The notes: generated from the letters alone by a model not told the origin. A stretch of DNA of 64,000 nucleotides from Mobula hypostoma (GCF_963921235.1 NC_086101.1:192138001-192202000), one strand, 5' to 3'; counted from the first letter of the stretch, positions 34,880-48,438 are shown. Program-made: numbers and translations.

Positions 34880-37800
34880 GAGAGGGGGGGACTTCAATCA
34901 GCTCCACTGCCCAAGGGTAAAAGGCAGCAATGGGTCACGGTGGTGAAAAAGAGCTTTGACCAGTGACCATTTGGCGTTTGGGATTGATTAGTTGGAGCAA
35001 ATTAAAGGAAGGCAGGGAACGAGCAGTGGCCATCGTCACAGAGGCAGTCGTCTGAGTGGACAGAGTCAGAGTGGTGATCTCGAGGCTTTAGCTCTTTGAA
35101 GCTTCCATGAGGAGAGGCTTCACTCAGAGAAAGCAAAGGAAAGAAAAGCTCAGGTTTTCCATCTCTTCTTTATATCTGCTGAAGACAATGGAGATGCTTG
35201 GTAGGATAGTGGAATGCTCCTCTTGTGGGATGTGGGAAGCCAGGGAGACCTCCAGTGTCGCTGACGACCACAACTGCGAGAAGTGCATCCAGCCGCAGCT
35301 TCTAACAATCTGGGTAAAGGAAGTGGAGCTGGAACTGGATGAATCCTGGATCATCCGGGAGGATGAGCGGGGGATGGAGAGGATGTATAGAGAGGTAGTT
35401 ACACCCAAGGTGCAGGACACAGGAAACTGGGTGACAGTCAGGAAGGGAAAGGGGTTAAGGAGCCAGTGCAGAGTACCCCTGTGGCCACCCCCTCAACAAC
35501 AGGTACATCACTTTGGATACTCTCTGCGGGGTGGGAGGTACAGAGGGATAACCTAACAGAGGAAAGTCACAGCAGTCGGGTCTCTGGCATTGAGTTTTGC
35601 CTCTGTGACTCAGAAGGGAAGTGGGGAGTAGAGGCACACTGTGGTGATAGGGGAGTCGTTACTTATGGAAACGGACAGGAGGTTCTGTAGTGAGAATGAG
35701 ATTCCCGGATGGTACGTTGCCTCCCGGGTGCCAGGGTCAGGGATATCTCAGCATTCTGAAGTGGGGAGAAGAGGCACGCTGTGGTGATAGGGGATTTGTT
35801 AGTTATGGGAACGGACACCCTAGAAGAGTGCTTTCTACAGTGCATCTATAAAAATTAGTGAGGGTTTTAGGGGACAGGTCAAATCTCTTTAGCTTTCTCA
35901 GGAAGTAAAGGCGCTGGTGGGCCTTCTTGGCAGTGGACTCTGCTTGGTTGGACCAAATCAGGTCATTTGTGATATTGACCTCGAAGAACTTAAAGCTCTT
36001 GACCTGTTCCACTTGCGCACCGCTGCTGTAAATCGGGTTGTGCGGTCCGACACGCAGGTGCTGCACGGTGGGGTTTAATCTAGAGTTGCAGGGGGATGGG
36101 AACCAGAGAGCTAGAGCAGTTAGTGGGGAGGTTGTGGAGGCAGATGTTCATAAAACCTCAGACAAAGTTAGGAACCAAAAAATTGAGCATGGTGTGACAA
36201 AATCGTAAAGGACTGGAGGTGTTGTGTCTGAATATGCACAGTATACGGAATAAGGTAGATGAACTTGCAACACAGTTACAGATTAGCAGGTATGATATTG
36301 TAGGCATCATGGAATCATGGCTGAAAAATTATAGCTGGGAGCTTAATGTCCAAGGATACACATTGCATCGAAAGGATAGGCAGGGAGGCAGAGGGAGTGG
36401 CGTTGCTCTGTTGGTAAAAAAAGAAACCAAATCATGAGTAACAGATGCTCTCGGGTCGGAAGTTGTTGAATCATTGTGGATAGAGCTAAGGAACTGCAAG
36501 GATAGAAGGACGCTGTTGGGAGTTGTATACAGACCCCCAAACAGTAGTAAAGATGTGGCCTATTAATTACAATGGGAGATAGAAAATGCATGCCAGGGAG
36601 CAATTTTACAATAATCATGGGGGATTTCAATATGCAGGCATATTGGGAAAATCAGGTTGGTGCTGGATTACAGGAAGGGGAAATTTTAGAGTCCTATGAG
36701 ATGGCTTTTTAGAGCAGTTTGTGTCTGAGTCCACTAGGGGATCAGCTGTTCTGGATTGGGTGTTGTGTAATGGACCAGAATTGATTAGAGAGTTTAAGGT
36801 AAAAAAAAAACCCTGAGGGAAAGTGATCATAATATGATCTAATTCATTCTGAAATTTGAGAAGGAGATGTGAAAGTCAGATGTATCAGTATTACAGTGGA
36901 GTAAAGGGAATTACAGAGGCATGAGAGAAGAGTTGGCCGGAATTGATTGGAAACGAACTCTGACAGAGATGCTGGCAGAACAACAATGGGTGGAATTTCT
37001 GGAAGCAATTCAGAAGACACAGGATATATTGTGGAGTATTATGTGTGCAGTTTTGGTCCCCTAATCTGAGGAAAGACATCCTTGCCATAGAGGGAATACA
37101 AAGAAGGTTCACCAGATTGATTCCTGGGATGGCAGGACTTTCATATGATGAAAGACTGGATCGACTAGGCTTGTACTCGTTGGAATTTAGAAGATTGAGG
37201 GGGGATCTGATTGAAATGTATAAGATCCTAAAGGGATTGGACAGGCTAGATGTGGGAAGATTGTTCCCGATGTTGGGGAAGTCCAGAATGAGGGTCACAG
37301 TTTGAGGATAAAGGGGAAGCCTTTTAGGATCGAGATTAGGAAAAACTTCTTCACACAGAGAGTGATGAATCTGTGGAATTCTCTGCCACAGGAAACAGTT
37401 GAGGCCAGTTCATTGGCTATATTTAGGAGGGAGTTAGATATGGCCCTTGTGGCTACGGGGATCAGGGGGTATGGAGGGAAGGCTGGTGCAGGGTTCTGAG
37501 TTGGCTGATCAGCCATGATCATACTGAATGGTGGTGCAGGCTCGAAGGGCCAAATGGCCTACTCCTGCACCTATTTTCTATGTTTCTATGTTTCTATATA
37601 CATCCCAAAGAGGAAGAAGTATTCCAAAGACAAGATGACACAACCGTGGCTAACAAGAGAAGTCAAGCCAACATAAAAGCCAAAAAGAGGGCATATAATG
37701 GAGCGAAAATGAGTGGGAAGTTAGAGGATTGGAAAGCTTTTAAAAGTCAATGGGCAATTTAAAACGTCATTGGTAAAGAAGGAATATGAAAGTAAGCTAG

Positions 37801-39445
37801 CAAATAATATTAAAGAATATACCAAAAGTTTCTTCAGATACATGGTGTAAAAGAGAGGTGAGAGGTGATACTGGACCACTGGAAAACGATGCTGAAGAGG
37901 TGGTAAAGAGGGACAGTGAAATGGCGGATGAACTGAGTTAGTATTTTGCATCAGTCTTCACTGTGGAAGACATTAGCAGTATTGTGGAAGTTCCAGGTGT
38001 CAGGGGTCAAGTGTGTGAAGTTATCATAACTAGAGAGAAGGTTCTTGGGAAACTGAAAGGTCTGAAGGTAGATAAGTCACCTGGACCTGATGGTGTACAC
38101 ACCAGAGTTCTGAAAGTGGTGGGTGAAGAGATTGGGGAGGCACTAGTAATCATCTTTCAAGATTCACTGGATTCTGCAAAGGTTCCAAATGACAGGAAAA
38201 TTGCAAATGTCACTCCACTCTTCAAGAAGGGAGAGAGACAAAAGAAAGGGAACTATAGGTGAGTTAGTCAGTGGTTGGGAAGATGTTGGAGCTGATTATC
38301 AAGGATGTGGTCTCAGGGTACTTGGAGGCAATAAAATAGGCTGTAATCAGCATGGTTTCCTCAAGGGAAAATCTTGCCTGACAAATCTGTTGGAATTCTT
38401 TGAAGAAATAACAAGCAGGATAGACAAAGGAGAATTGGTGAATGTTGTGTACTTGGATTTTCAGAAGGCCTTTGACAAGGTGCCGCACATGAGTCTGCTT
38501 TACAAGCTATGAGCCCATGGTATTCCAGGAAAGATACTAGTTTGGATAAAGCAGGGGCTGATTGGCAGGAGGCAAAGAGTGGGAATAAGGGGAGCCTTTT
38601 CTGGTGGGCAGCTGGTGACTAGTGGTGTTCCACAGGGGTCTGTGTTGGGACTAATTCTTTTTACGTTATATGTCAGTGACTTGGACGATGAAATTGATGG
38701 CTTCGTTGCAAAGTTTGCAAACAATATCAAGATATGAGGAGCAGGTAGTTTTGAGCAAGTAGAAAGGCTACAGAAGGACTTGGGCACATGAGGAGAATGG
38801 GCAAAGAAATAACAGATGGAATAGTGTCGGGAAGTGTATGGTCATGCACTGTGGTAGAAGAAATGAATGGATTGACTATTTCTAAATGGAGAGAAAATAC
38901 AAAAAACTGAGACAAAGGGACTTGGGAGTCCTTGTGCAGGATTCTCTAAGGGTTAATTTGCAGGTTGAGTCTGTGGTGAGGAAGGGAAATGCAATGCTAG
39001 CATTCATTTCAAGAGGAGAAGAATATAAAAGCAAAGATGTATTCACTAGAATTCAGAAGGATGAGGGGTGGCCTCATTGAAACCTATCGAATGGTGAAAG
39101 GCCTCGATAGAGTAGATGTGGAAAGGATGTTTCCTATGGTGGGAGGGTCTAAGACCAGAGGACACAGCCTCAGAATCGAGATGCGTACTTTTAGAACAGA
39201 AATGAGGAGGAATTTCTTTCGCCAGAAGTGGTGAATCTGTGGAATTCTTTGCCATAGGCAGCTGTGAAGGCTAAATCTGTATGTATATCTAAGGCAGAGG
39301 TTGATAGGTTCTTGATTGGTCAGGACATGAAGGGGTACAGGGAGAAGGCAGGAGACTGGGGCTGGGAGAAAAGTTGGATCAGGCTTGATGAAATGACAGA
39401 GCAGATTCAGTGGGTCAATGGGCCTAATTCTGCTCCTATATCTTA
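34880..39445 (+). mobile_element. Heavily decayed CR1 (5'UTR, ORF1, ORF2) with nested Rex1-like (about 35810-36065, -) and CR1 3' (about 37025-37597, +) fragments
   Basis: ORF1 zinc finger at 35107-35556; APE at 36219; RT pieces 37963-39458; tail repeats TTTCTATG at about 37580. Confidence 0.85.
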
Positions 39446-39771
39446 TGGTTTTATATGATAACCTCGGAGTTATCCTTGGGAACCTCCTTTGAACCCTCTC
39501 CAATGTCAGCACATCCTTTTTCAGATAAGGGACCAAAACTGCTCACAATACTCCAAGTGAAGCCTCACCAGTGCTTTATGAAGCCTCACCGTTACATCCT
39601 TGCTTTTATATTCTAGTCCCCCTGAAACGAATGCTGTTCTGTGGCCAAGTAGAGTGCAATACATTTAAAAAATCACAATAAGTTAGTTACAATAAGAAAT
39701 ATCTAGAAATAAATAACAAGTGCAAAAAGAGAGCAAAATGATGAGGCCGTGTTGATGAGTTCAGTGTTCAT

Positions 39772-42668
39772 GATAAACAGAGTAAGAGGTGGAAAATTTC
39801 TTAAATGCATCTATTTTAATGCTAGGAGCATTGTAAGAAAGGTGGATGAGCTTAGAGCATGGATTGACACCTGGAAGTATGATGTTGTGGCTATTAGTGT
39901 AATGTGGTTGCAGGAGGGGTGCGATTGGCAACTAAATATTCCTGGATTTCATTGCTTCAGGTGTGATAGAATCAGAGGGACAAGAGGGGGAGGTGTTGCA
40001 TTGCTTGTCAGAGAAAATATTACAGCGGTGCTCTGGCAGGATAGATTAGAGGGCTCGTCTAGGGAGGCTACTTGGGTGAATTTGAGGAATGGGTAAGGTG
40101 TTGTGACACTTATAGGGGTTTATTATAGACCACCTAATGGGGAGCGAGAAATGGAGGAGCAAATTTGTAAGGAGATATCAGATATTTGTAGTAAGCACAA
40201 GGTTGTGATTGTGGGAGATTTTAATTTTCCACACATAGACTGGGAAGCCCATACTGTAAAAGGGCTGGATAGTTTGGAGTTTGTCAAATGTGTGCAGGAT
40301 ATTTTTTTGCAGCAATACACAGAGGTACCAACTAGAGAAGAGACAGTATTGGATCTTCTGTTAGGGAATGGGACAGGGAAGGTGACGGAGGTATGTATTG
40401 GGGAGCACTTCGGGTCCAATGATCACAATGCTATTAGTTTCAATGTAATTATTGAGAAGGATAGGTCTGGACCCAGGGTCGAGATTTTTGATTGGAGAAA
40501 GGCTAACTTTAAAGAGATGCAAAAGGATTTAGAAGGAGTGGATTGGGACAATTTGTTTTATGGGAAGGATGTAGTAGAGAAATCGAGGTCATTTAAAGGT
40601 GAAATTTTGAGGGTACAGAATCTTTATGTTCCTGATAGGTTGAAAGGAAAGGTTAAAAGTTTGAGAGAGCCATGGTTTTCAAGAGATATTGGAAACTTGG
40701 TTCGGAAAAAGAGAGGTATCTACAATAAATATCGGCAGCAAGGAGTAAATGGGATGCTCGAGGAATATAAAGAATATAAAAAGAATCTTAAGAAAGAAAT
40801 TAGAAAAGATAAAAGAAGATACGAGGTTGCTTTGGCAAATAGGGTAAAAATAAATCCAAAGAGTTTCTACAGTTATATTAGTAACAAAAGGATAGTGAGG
40901 GATAAAATTGGTCCCTTAGAGAATCAGAGTGGACAGCTTTGTGTGGAACCAAAAGAGATGGGGGAGATTTTGAACAATTTCTTTTCTTCGGTATTCACTA
41001 AGGAGAAGGATATCGAATTGTGTAAGGTAAGGGAAACAGGTAGAGAAGTTATGGAAACTAATATGATTAAAGAGGAAGTACTGGCGCTTTTAAGGAATAT
41101 AAAGGTGGATAAATCTCCGGGTCCTGACAAGATATTCCCTAGGACCTTGAGGGAAATTAGTGTAGAAATAGCAGGGGCTCTGACAGAAATATTTCAAATG
41201 TCATTAGAAACGGGGATGGTGCCGGAGGATTGGCGTAATGCTCATGTGGTTCCATTGTTTAAAAAGGGTTCTAAGAGTAAACCTAGCAATTATCAGCCTG
41301 TAAGTTTGACGTCAATGGTGGGTAAATTAATGGATAGTATTCTTAGAAATGGTATACATAATTATCTGGATAGACAGGGTCTGATTAGGAACAGTCAACA
41401 TGGATCTGTGCGTGGAAGGTTATGTTTGACAAATCTTATTGAATTTTTTGAAGAGGTTACTAGGAAAGTTGACGAGGGTAAAGCGGTGGATGTTGTCTAT
41501 ATGGACTTCAGTAAGGCCTTTGACAAGGTTCCACACGGAAGGTTATTTAGGAAGGTTCAATCATTAGGCATTAATATTGAAGTAGTAAAATGGATTCAGC
41601 AGTGGTTGGATGGCAGACACCAGGGAGTGGTGGTGGAAACTGTTTGTCAGATTGGAGGCCGGTGACTAGTGGTGTGCCTCAGGGATCTGTACTGGGTCCA
41701 ATGTTGTTTGTCATATATATTAATGATCTGGATGATGGGGTGGTAAATTGGATGAGTATGTATGCAGATGATACTAAGATAGGTGGAGTTGTGGATAATG
41801 AAGTAGGTTGTCAAAGCTTGCAGAGAGATTTAGGCCAGTTAGAAGAGTGGGCTGAAAGATGGCAGATGGAGTTTAATGCTGGTAAGTGTGAGGTGCTACA
41901 TTTTGGTAGGGCTTATCAAAATAGGACATACATGGTAAATGGTAGGGCATTGAAGAATGCAGTATAACTGAGGGATCTGGGAATAATGGTGCATAGTTTC
42001 CTGAAGGTGGAAGCCCATGTGGATAGGGTGGTGAAGAATGCTTTTGGTATCCTGGCCTTTATAAATCAGAGCATTGAGTATAGGAGTTGGGATGTAATGT
42101 CAAAATTGTACAAGGCATTGGTAAGGCCAAAGTTGGAGTATTGTGTACAGTTCTGGTCACCAGATTATAGGAAAGATGTCAACAAAATAGAGAGAGTACA
42201 CAGAAGATTTACTAGAATGTTCCCTGGGTTTCAGCCCCTAAGTTACAATGAAAGGTTGAACAAGTTGAGTCTTTATTCTTTGGAACGTAGAAGGTTGAGG
42301 GGGGACTTGATAGAGGTATTTAAAATTATGAAGGGGACAGATAGAGTTGCTGTGGATAGGCTTTTTCCATTGAGATTAGGGGAGATTCAGACAAGAGGAC
42401 ATGAGTTGAGAGTTAAGGGGCAAAAGTTTAGAGGGAACTTCTTTACTCACAGAGTGGTAGCTGTGTGGAACGAGCTTCCAGTCGAAGTGGTAGAGCCAGG
42501 TTCGATATTGTCATTTAAAGTAAAATTGGATAGCTATATGGACGGAAAAGGAATGGAGGGTTATGGGCTGAATGCAGGTCAGTGGGACTAGGTTAGAGTA
42601 AGCGTTTGACGCAGACTAGAAGGGCCGAGATGGCCTGTTCCCGTGCTGTAATTGTTATATGGTTATAT
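39772..42668 (+). mobile_element. 5'-truncated CR1 with nearly whole ORF2 (disrupted) and 3' tail
   Basis: ORFs 39749-40096, 40103-41665, 41590-41967 and 41986-42591 carry APE and RT motifs (YADD). Confidence 0.92.
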
Positions 42669-43198
42669 ATGAGTTCATGGACCATTCATAAATCTGATGG
42701 TGGAGGGGAAGAAGCTGTTCCCAAAACATTGAGTGTGAGTCTTCAGGCTCCTGTGCCTCCTCCCTGATATTAGCAATAAGAAGATGGCATGTCCTGGGTG
42801 GAGGGGGTCCTTCATGACGGATGACACCTATTTTCAAAGACAGTGGGATAGGTACATGGATAGAATCACAAGCAAGTTAATTATCACTTAACTATTTTGT
42901 GAAATTTGTTGTTTTGTTGCAGCAGTGTAGTGTAGGAAATAAAAATTACTACAAGTTACAAAATTAAATGAATAAATAGTATGAAAGAGGAAAGATTTGG
43001 AGGGTTATGGGCCAAAGGCTTGCAAACTGGACCTTGGATGATGACCTTGGTCAGTATGGACCACCGGACCGAAGGGTCTGTCTGGCTGTACAGTCTGTCT
43101 CTACAACTCGAGTATCGGTCGGGAGAAAACGCCAGGGTGCAATGACAATGGAAGCACTGTACTGAGGTCTGGTGTTAAAGCTGCTCTCTGTCTCACAG

Positions 43199-43285
43199 CA
43201 AACTCCAACTCTCACATTTATGTGCTGCTCGTTCTGGTTCCCCTGTTCCTGGTCTGTGTCCTTGCAGCCTCCTGGAAGAAGAAAG
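43199..43285 (+). CDS. Transmembrane exon of the Ig-V receptor
   Basis: Acceptor ctctctgtctcacAG and donor GTGAGC; 87 nt, phase 1-1; ANSNSHIYVLLVLVPLFLVCVLAASWKKK (hydrophobic span plus basic stop-transfer); not in the ORF track. Confidence 0.88.
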
Positions 43286-43342
43286 GTGAGCGGAGAACTG
43301 GTGACAAGTGAAGATGACTGTCTCTCTCTATGAAGGAGAGTG

Positions 43343-43995
43343 GCTGGGGGAGAGAGTCGGTGGGCTATGTGAGGGATTCAGTGGGTGGGGGGAGTCAGTG
43401 ATGGGGGGAGTGTGTGGGCTGTGGGTGGGGAGAGTGTGGGATGCGGGAGGGGATTGAGTGGATGGGGGGAGTCAGTGATGGGGGAGTGTCTGCGGGATGT
43501 GGGAAGGGATTCAGTGGGTAGTTTGTGATGGGAGAGTGTGTTGGCTGTGGGAGGGGATTCAGTGGGTGGGGGACTCAGTGACAGGGGAGAGTGTCTGTGG
43601 GATGTGAGTGGGGATTCAGTGGGTGGGGGGAACTGGTGATGAAGGAGAGTGTCTGTGGGATGTGGGAGGGGATTCAGTGGGTGGGGGGAGTCAGTGATGG
43701 GGAGAGTGTCTGTGGGATGTGAGTGGGGTTTCAGTGGGTCGGGGGAGTCGGTGATGGGAGAGTGTCTGTGGGATGTGGGAGGGGATTCAGTCGGTGATGG
43801 GGGAGAGAGTCCGTGGGCTGTGGGAGGGGAGTCAGTCGGTGATGGGGGAGAGTGCCTGTGGGCTGTGGGAGGGGATTCAGTCGGTGATGGGGGAGAGAGT
43901 CTGTGGGCTGTAAGAGGGGATTCAGTGGGTGGGGGGAGTCAGTGATGGGGGAGAGAGTCCGTGGGCTGTAAGAGGGGATTCAGTGGTGGGAGGGG
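43343..43995. repeat. G-rich minisatellite (about 40-58-bp units) filling the intron after the TM exon
   Basis: Recurring GGGGATTCAGTGGG and GGGGAGAGTGTCTGTGGGATGTG motifs. Confidence 0.9.
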
Positions 43996-44100
43996 GCAGA
44001 GTTCCTTTGGTTTACGAACCTTTCTTACTCTGCACTTCTTGGTACACAACACGGATTTCAGTTTTTAAATATAATAATTATCGTCTTTTTATTTCTTTAG

Positions 44101-44140
44101 TTCACCTCTGGCTGATGGGTCGCATCAGAGGTACTAAAAG
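44101..44140 (+). CDS. Cytoplasmic exon 1 (VHLWLMGRIRGTK-R)
   Basis: Strong acceptor tctttttatttctttAG and donor AAG|GTAAGG; 40 nt, phase 1 to 2, in frame with the TM exon. Confidence 0.75.
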
Positions 44141-44249
44141 GTAAGGTCAATCGATACGAAGACAAGGATTAGAGACCAGGCTGGGTTGAATGGGAGGTCT
44201 GTCACCCACAGGTCAAGCACAGCGTGCTGACTTTGTTCAGAGATCTGAT

Positions 44250-44945
44250 TAGTCACTGGAGGCCTGTGACTAGTGGAGTCCCGCAGGGGTCGGTGCTGGG
44301 TCCTTTGTTGTTTGTCACCTATATCAATCATCTGGATGATAATGTGATTAACTGGATCAGCAAATTTGCAGATGACACCAAGACTGGGGTTGTAGTGGAC
44401 AGTGAGAAAGACTATCATGGCTTGCAGAGGGATCTGGACCAACTGGAGAAATGGGTTGAAAAATGGCAGATGGAACTGAATGTAGACAAGTGTGAGGTGT
44501 TGCACTTTGGGTGGACCAACCAGTGTCCGTCTTACACGGTGAATGGTACGGCAGTGAGGAGTGTGGTAGAACAAAGGGATCTGAGAATACAGGTCCATAA
44601 TTCATTGAAAGTGGCGTCACAGGTAGATACGGATGTAAAGAAAGCTTTTGGCACGTTGGCCTTCATAAATCAATGTATTGAGTAAAGGAGATGGATGTTA
44701 TGTTGAAGTTGTTTAAGACATCAGTGAGGCGTAATTTGGAGTATTGTCTGCAGTTTTGGTCACCAAACTACACAAAAATGTAAATAAGGTTGAAAGAGTA
44801 CAGAGAAAAGTTACAAGCACGTTGCCGGGTCTGGAGGACCTGAGTTATTGGGAACATAGAAGACTGAGAGGAGATTTGATAGAGTTATATAAAATTACGA
44901 GGGGTACAGATAGAGTAAGTTCAAGCAGGCTTTTTCCACTGAAGT
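44250..44945 (+). mobile_element. CR1 RT 3' fragment
   Basis: GVPQGSVLGP...KFADDTK in ORF 44224-44685. Confidence 0.85.
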
Positions 44946-45009
44946 TGTTTTATTGTCTGTGCAGAACATTTCATTGCATTGCAGTTGTTATATATATACA
45001 ATAGTTAAA

Positions 45010-46690
45010 TTTTTTAAAGTTGTGCAAAAAAAGGTAGTGAGTTAGTGTTCATGGGTTCGTTGTCCATTCACAAATCCGATGGCAGGGGGTAAGAAGCTGT
45101 TCCTGACTCGTTGAGTGTGTGTCTTCAGGCTCCTGTATCTCCTCCCTGATGGTAGCAATGAGAAGAGGGCGTGTCCTGGGTAATGGGGGTCCTTAACGAT
45201 GGATGCTGCCTTTTGAGACATCGCTCCTTGAGGATGTCCTGGGTGCTGGGGGAGGCCAGTGCCCATGATGGAGCTGATTGAGTTCACAGCTTTCTGCAGC
45301 TTTTCAATCCTGTGCAGTAGCTCGGGGTGTCGGAGTTCAGAGTTCAATTCCTGCACTGTCTAGAGTTGTCTGGAATTTCCCCCATACCAGATGGAGATGG
45401 AGACAGTCAGAATGCTTTCCATGTTACATCTGTACAAATTTGCTGGAGTCTTTGGTGACATACTAAATCTCCTCAAACTCCAGTGAAATATAGCCCCTCC
45501 CCCTCTCCTTCCCCCTCCCACTCTCAAATCTCTTACTATCTCTTCTTTCAGTTCGTCCTGACGAACGGCCCCGGCCCGAAACGTCGACTGTACCTGTTCC
45601 TATAGATGCTGCCTGGCCTGCTGCGTTCACCAGCATTTTTTGTGTGTGTTGCTTGAATTTCCAGCATCTGCAGATTTCCTCGTGTCGTAGCCCCACTGTA
45701 TTGTCGTCTTTGTAACAGTATTGATATGTCGGGGCCACGATAGACTCTCAGAGATGTTGACACCCAGGAATTTGAAATTGCTCACCCTTTTCACTTCTAT
45801 CCCCAAGAGGACTGGCACGTGTTCCCGTTCTGAAGTTCACAGTCAGCTCTTTGGTTTCACTGGCATTGAGTACAAGGTTGTTGCTGCAACACCACTCAAC
45901 AAGCTGATCTAAATCACTCCTGTACGCCCCCTCGTCACCTCCTGAAATTCTTCCAACTATATTTGTGTCATCGGCAAATTGATCGATGACATTTGAGCTG
46001 TGCCTAGCCACACAGTCATGGGTGTAGGGAGCAGAGCAGTGGGCTAAGCACACACCCCTGAGATGCACCAGTGTTGATCATCAATGAGGAGGAGATGTTA
46101 TTTCCAATCCACACAGATTGTGGTCTTCCAGTAAGGAAGTCAAGGATGCAGTTGCAGAGCGAGGTACAGAGGCCCAGGATTTGGACCTTGTTGATTAGAA
46201 CTGTAGGAATGATTGTGTTAAACACTGAGCTGTAGCCAATAAACAGCATCCTGGTGTAAGTATTAGCATTAACAAGAGAAAATCTGCAGATGCTGGAAAT
46301 CCAAGCAACACACATAAAATGCTGGAGGGTGTCAGCCCGAAACATTGACTGTCCTCTTCTCCAGAGAAACTGCCTGGCCTGTCGAGTTCCTCCAGCATTT
46401 TGTGTGTGTTGCAAAGTATTAGTATTGTCCAGGTGATCCAAGGCCGTGTGGAGAGCCAATGAGATCACAGCGGCTGTAGACCTGTTGTGGCGACAGGCAA
46501 TTTGCGATGGGTCCAGGGCCTTGCTGAGGCAGGAGTTAATTATAACCATAACCAACCTCTCAAAGCATTTCATCACCACAGATGTGAGTGCGACTGGACG
46601 ATAGTCGTTAAGGCAGATCTCCCTGCTCCTGGGCACTGGTGTGATTGTTGCCCTTTTGAAGCAGGTAGTTGCCATACCAACACAGCGTAT
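45010..46690 (-). mobile_element. Rex1/Babar-like LINE fragments with two short Penelope-derived inserts (about 45496-45685 and 46271-46413)
   Basis: [22 protein letters not shown] motif; the 46271-46413 insert has a 13-bp TSD AAGTATTAG(C/T)ATT; hammerhead core at 45555-45588 (+). Confidence 0.8.
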
Positions 46691-47250
46691 GTACACATTG
46701 AGGTGGTGGCATCCATTAGTCTCGCGAGACCATGGATCTGCGCCTGGATTCTCCAGGGTGCAGGCCTGGGCAAGGTTGCATGGAAGACCAGCAGTTGCCC
46801 ATGCTGCAAGTCTCCCCTCTCCAGGACACCGATGTTGTCCAAAGGAAGGGCAAGGGCCGATACAGCTTGGCACCGGTGTCATCGCAGGAGTTGTCAGGGC
46901 AAGGTTGAAGACAACATTGGACTGCCTTAGGGACTCCAGTTCCGGATTTGTCCTGAGGGTTTACTCCCGAAGCCTTTCCCATGAGTGGGTATGGCCGCAA
47001 GGCAGTGGAGGTTTGAAATGGACTGCCTTCCCAGGCTGACGAGCTCCATCTACCCGAAGCACTGGTTTTAAGGTGCCAGGACCCACCTTCGCCCCTTCTC
47101 CTGTCAATGGAAACAGTTCAGCCAGGCTTAGAGGCTAAGCCACACGAGAAGGCCAGGAGTTGGACTTGGTTGTCAGAGGCTATTTGAGGTGCATGCCGTA
47201 AGGAGCACTTTTAGATAGTGGGAGCTTGTCCCCACTACCACCCCTTGGCT
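46690..47250. mobile_element. Probable RTE-family non-coding segment
   Basis: GTGGCATCCATTAGTCTCGCGAGACCATGGATCTGCGCC resembles RTE/Expander 5' regions as I recall them; no coding support. Confidence 0.45.
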
Positions 47251-48438
47251 TGACAACCTTGGAACCACACACATTGAGGTGGTACAGGGGAAAACAATGA
47301 CAGAATGCAGAAAAAAGTGTTACAGCTACAGGGAACGTGCAGTGCAGGCTGACAGTGAGCTGTAAGGTGATGACGAGATCGGCTGGGGGATCTGCAGTTG
47401 ATTCTCATTGTACAAGTGATCTGTATAGAAATCCGGTGACAGCGGGTAGAAGCTGTCATTGAGTCTGGTGGGACGTGCTTTCAGGCTGTTGTATCTTCTG
47501 CCCAGTGGGAGAGGGGAGAAGGGAGAGTGCCCGGGGTGGGTGTGGGGGGGTCGTTGATTACATTGGCTGCTTTACTGACACAGAGGGAAGTGCAGATAGA
47601 GTTCAGGGAGGGGTGACTGGTTTCTGTGATGTGTCCACAACACTGTGCAGTTTCTTACGGTCCTATCAGACCAGTTGCTGTCCCCAGCCCTGAGGGAACC
47701 ACTCACGGAGATCAGAATTTTCCAGGGCTGAAATGCCCTGACTTCCCAGAAATGGAGAGTGTCATGTGGACGAGTTGTTTTTGATATTTCCATGTCTGCA
47801 CAGGGGTTTATCAATTCACTGATAATTACCAAAAACCATAGGAGCAGAATTAGGCCATTCAGCCCATCGAGTCTGCTCTGCCATTCCATCATGGTTGATT
47901 TACTATACCTCTCAACCCCAGTCTCCTGCCTTCTACCTGTAACCTTTGATGCCCTGACTAATCAGGAACCTATCAATCTCTGCTTTAAATCTACCCAATA
48001 GTTTGTCCTCCACAGCAGTCTGTGGCAATGAATTCCACAGATTAACCACCCTCTGGCTAAAGAAATTCTTCCTCATCTCGATTCTAAATGGACTTTTTTG
48101 GATTCTGAGGCTGTGCCTCCTGGTCCTAAACTCCCCACTACAGGAAACATTCTCTCCACATCCACTCTGTTGAGGCCTTTCAATATGTGACAGGTTTCAA
48201 TAGATCCACCCAACACTTTGAAATCTGCCTTTGCCTGGTGTGGGGGGAAGGTGACTGCAGTTTATCACATTTCTGACACAGTTATACAGCCGGGACACAG
48301 GCCCTTCAGCCCAACTGCATGCCTGCCCCCTTAACCCTTGTTATCAATGTGCCTTCCAAATACCTCTGAAATGATGTAACTGTAGGTCCCTCTGCAACTC
48401 GTTCCACACACCCACCACCCTCTGTGTGGAAAACAACA

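Noticed and set aside
47811-47845. Candidate exon GVYQFTDNYQK after an acceptor-like AG
   Set aside because: No donor; runs into a CR1 tail; has a stop in the phase required after exon 44101-44140.
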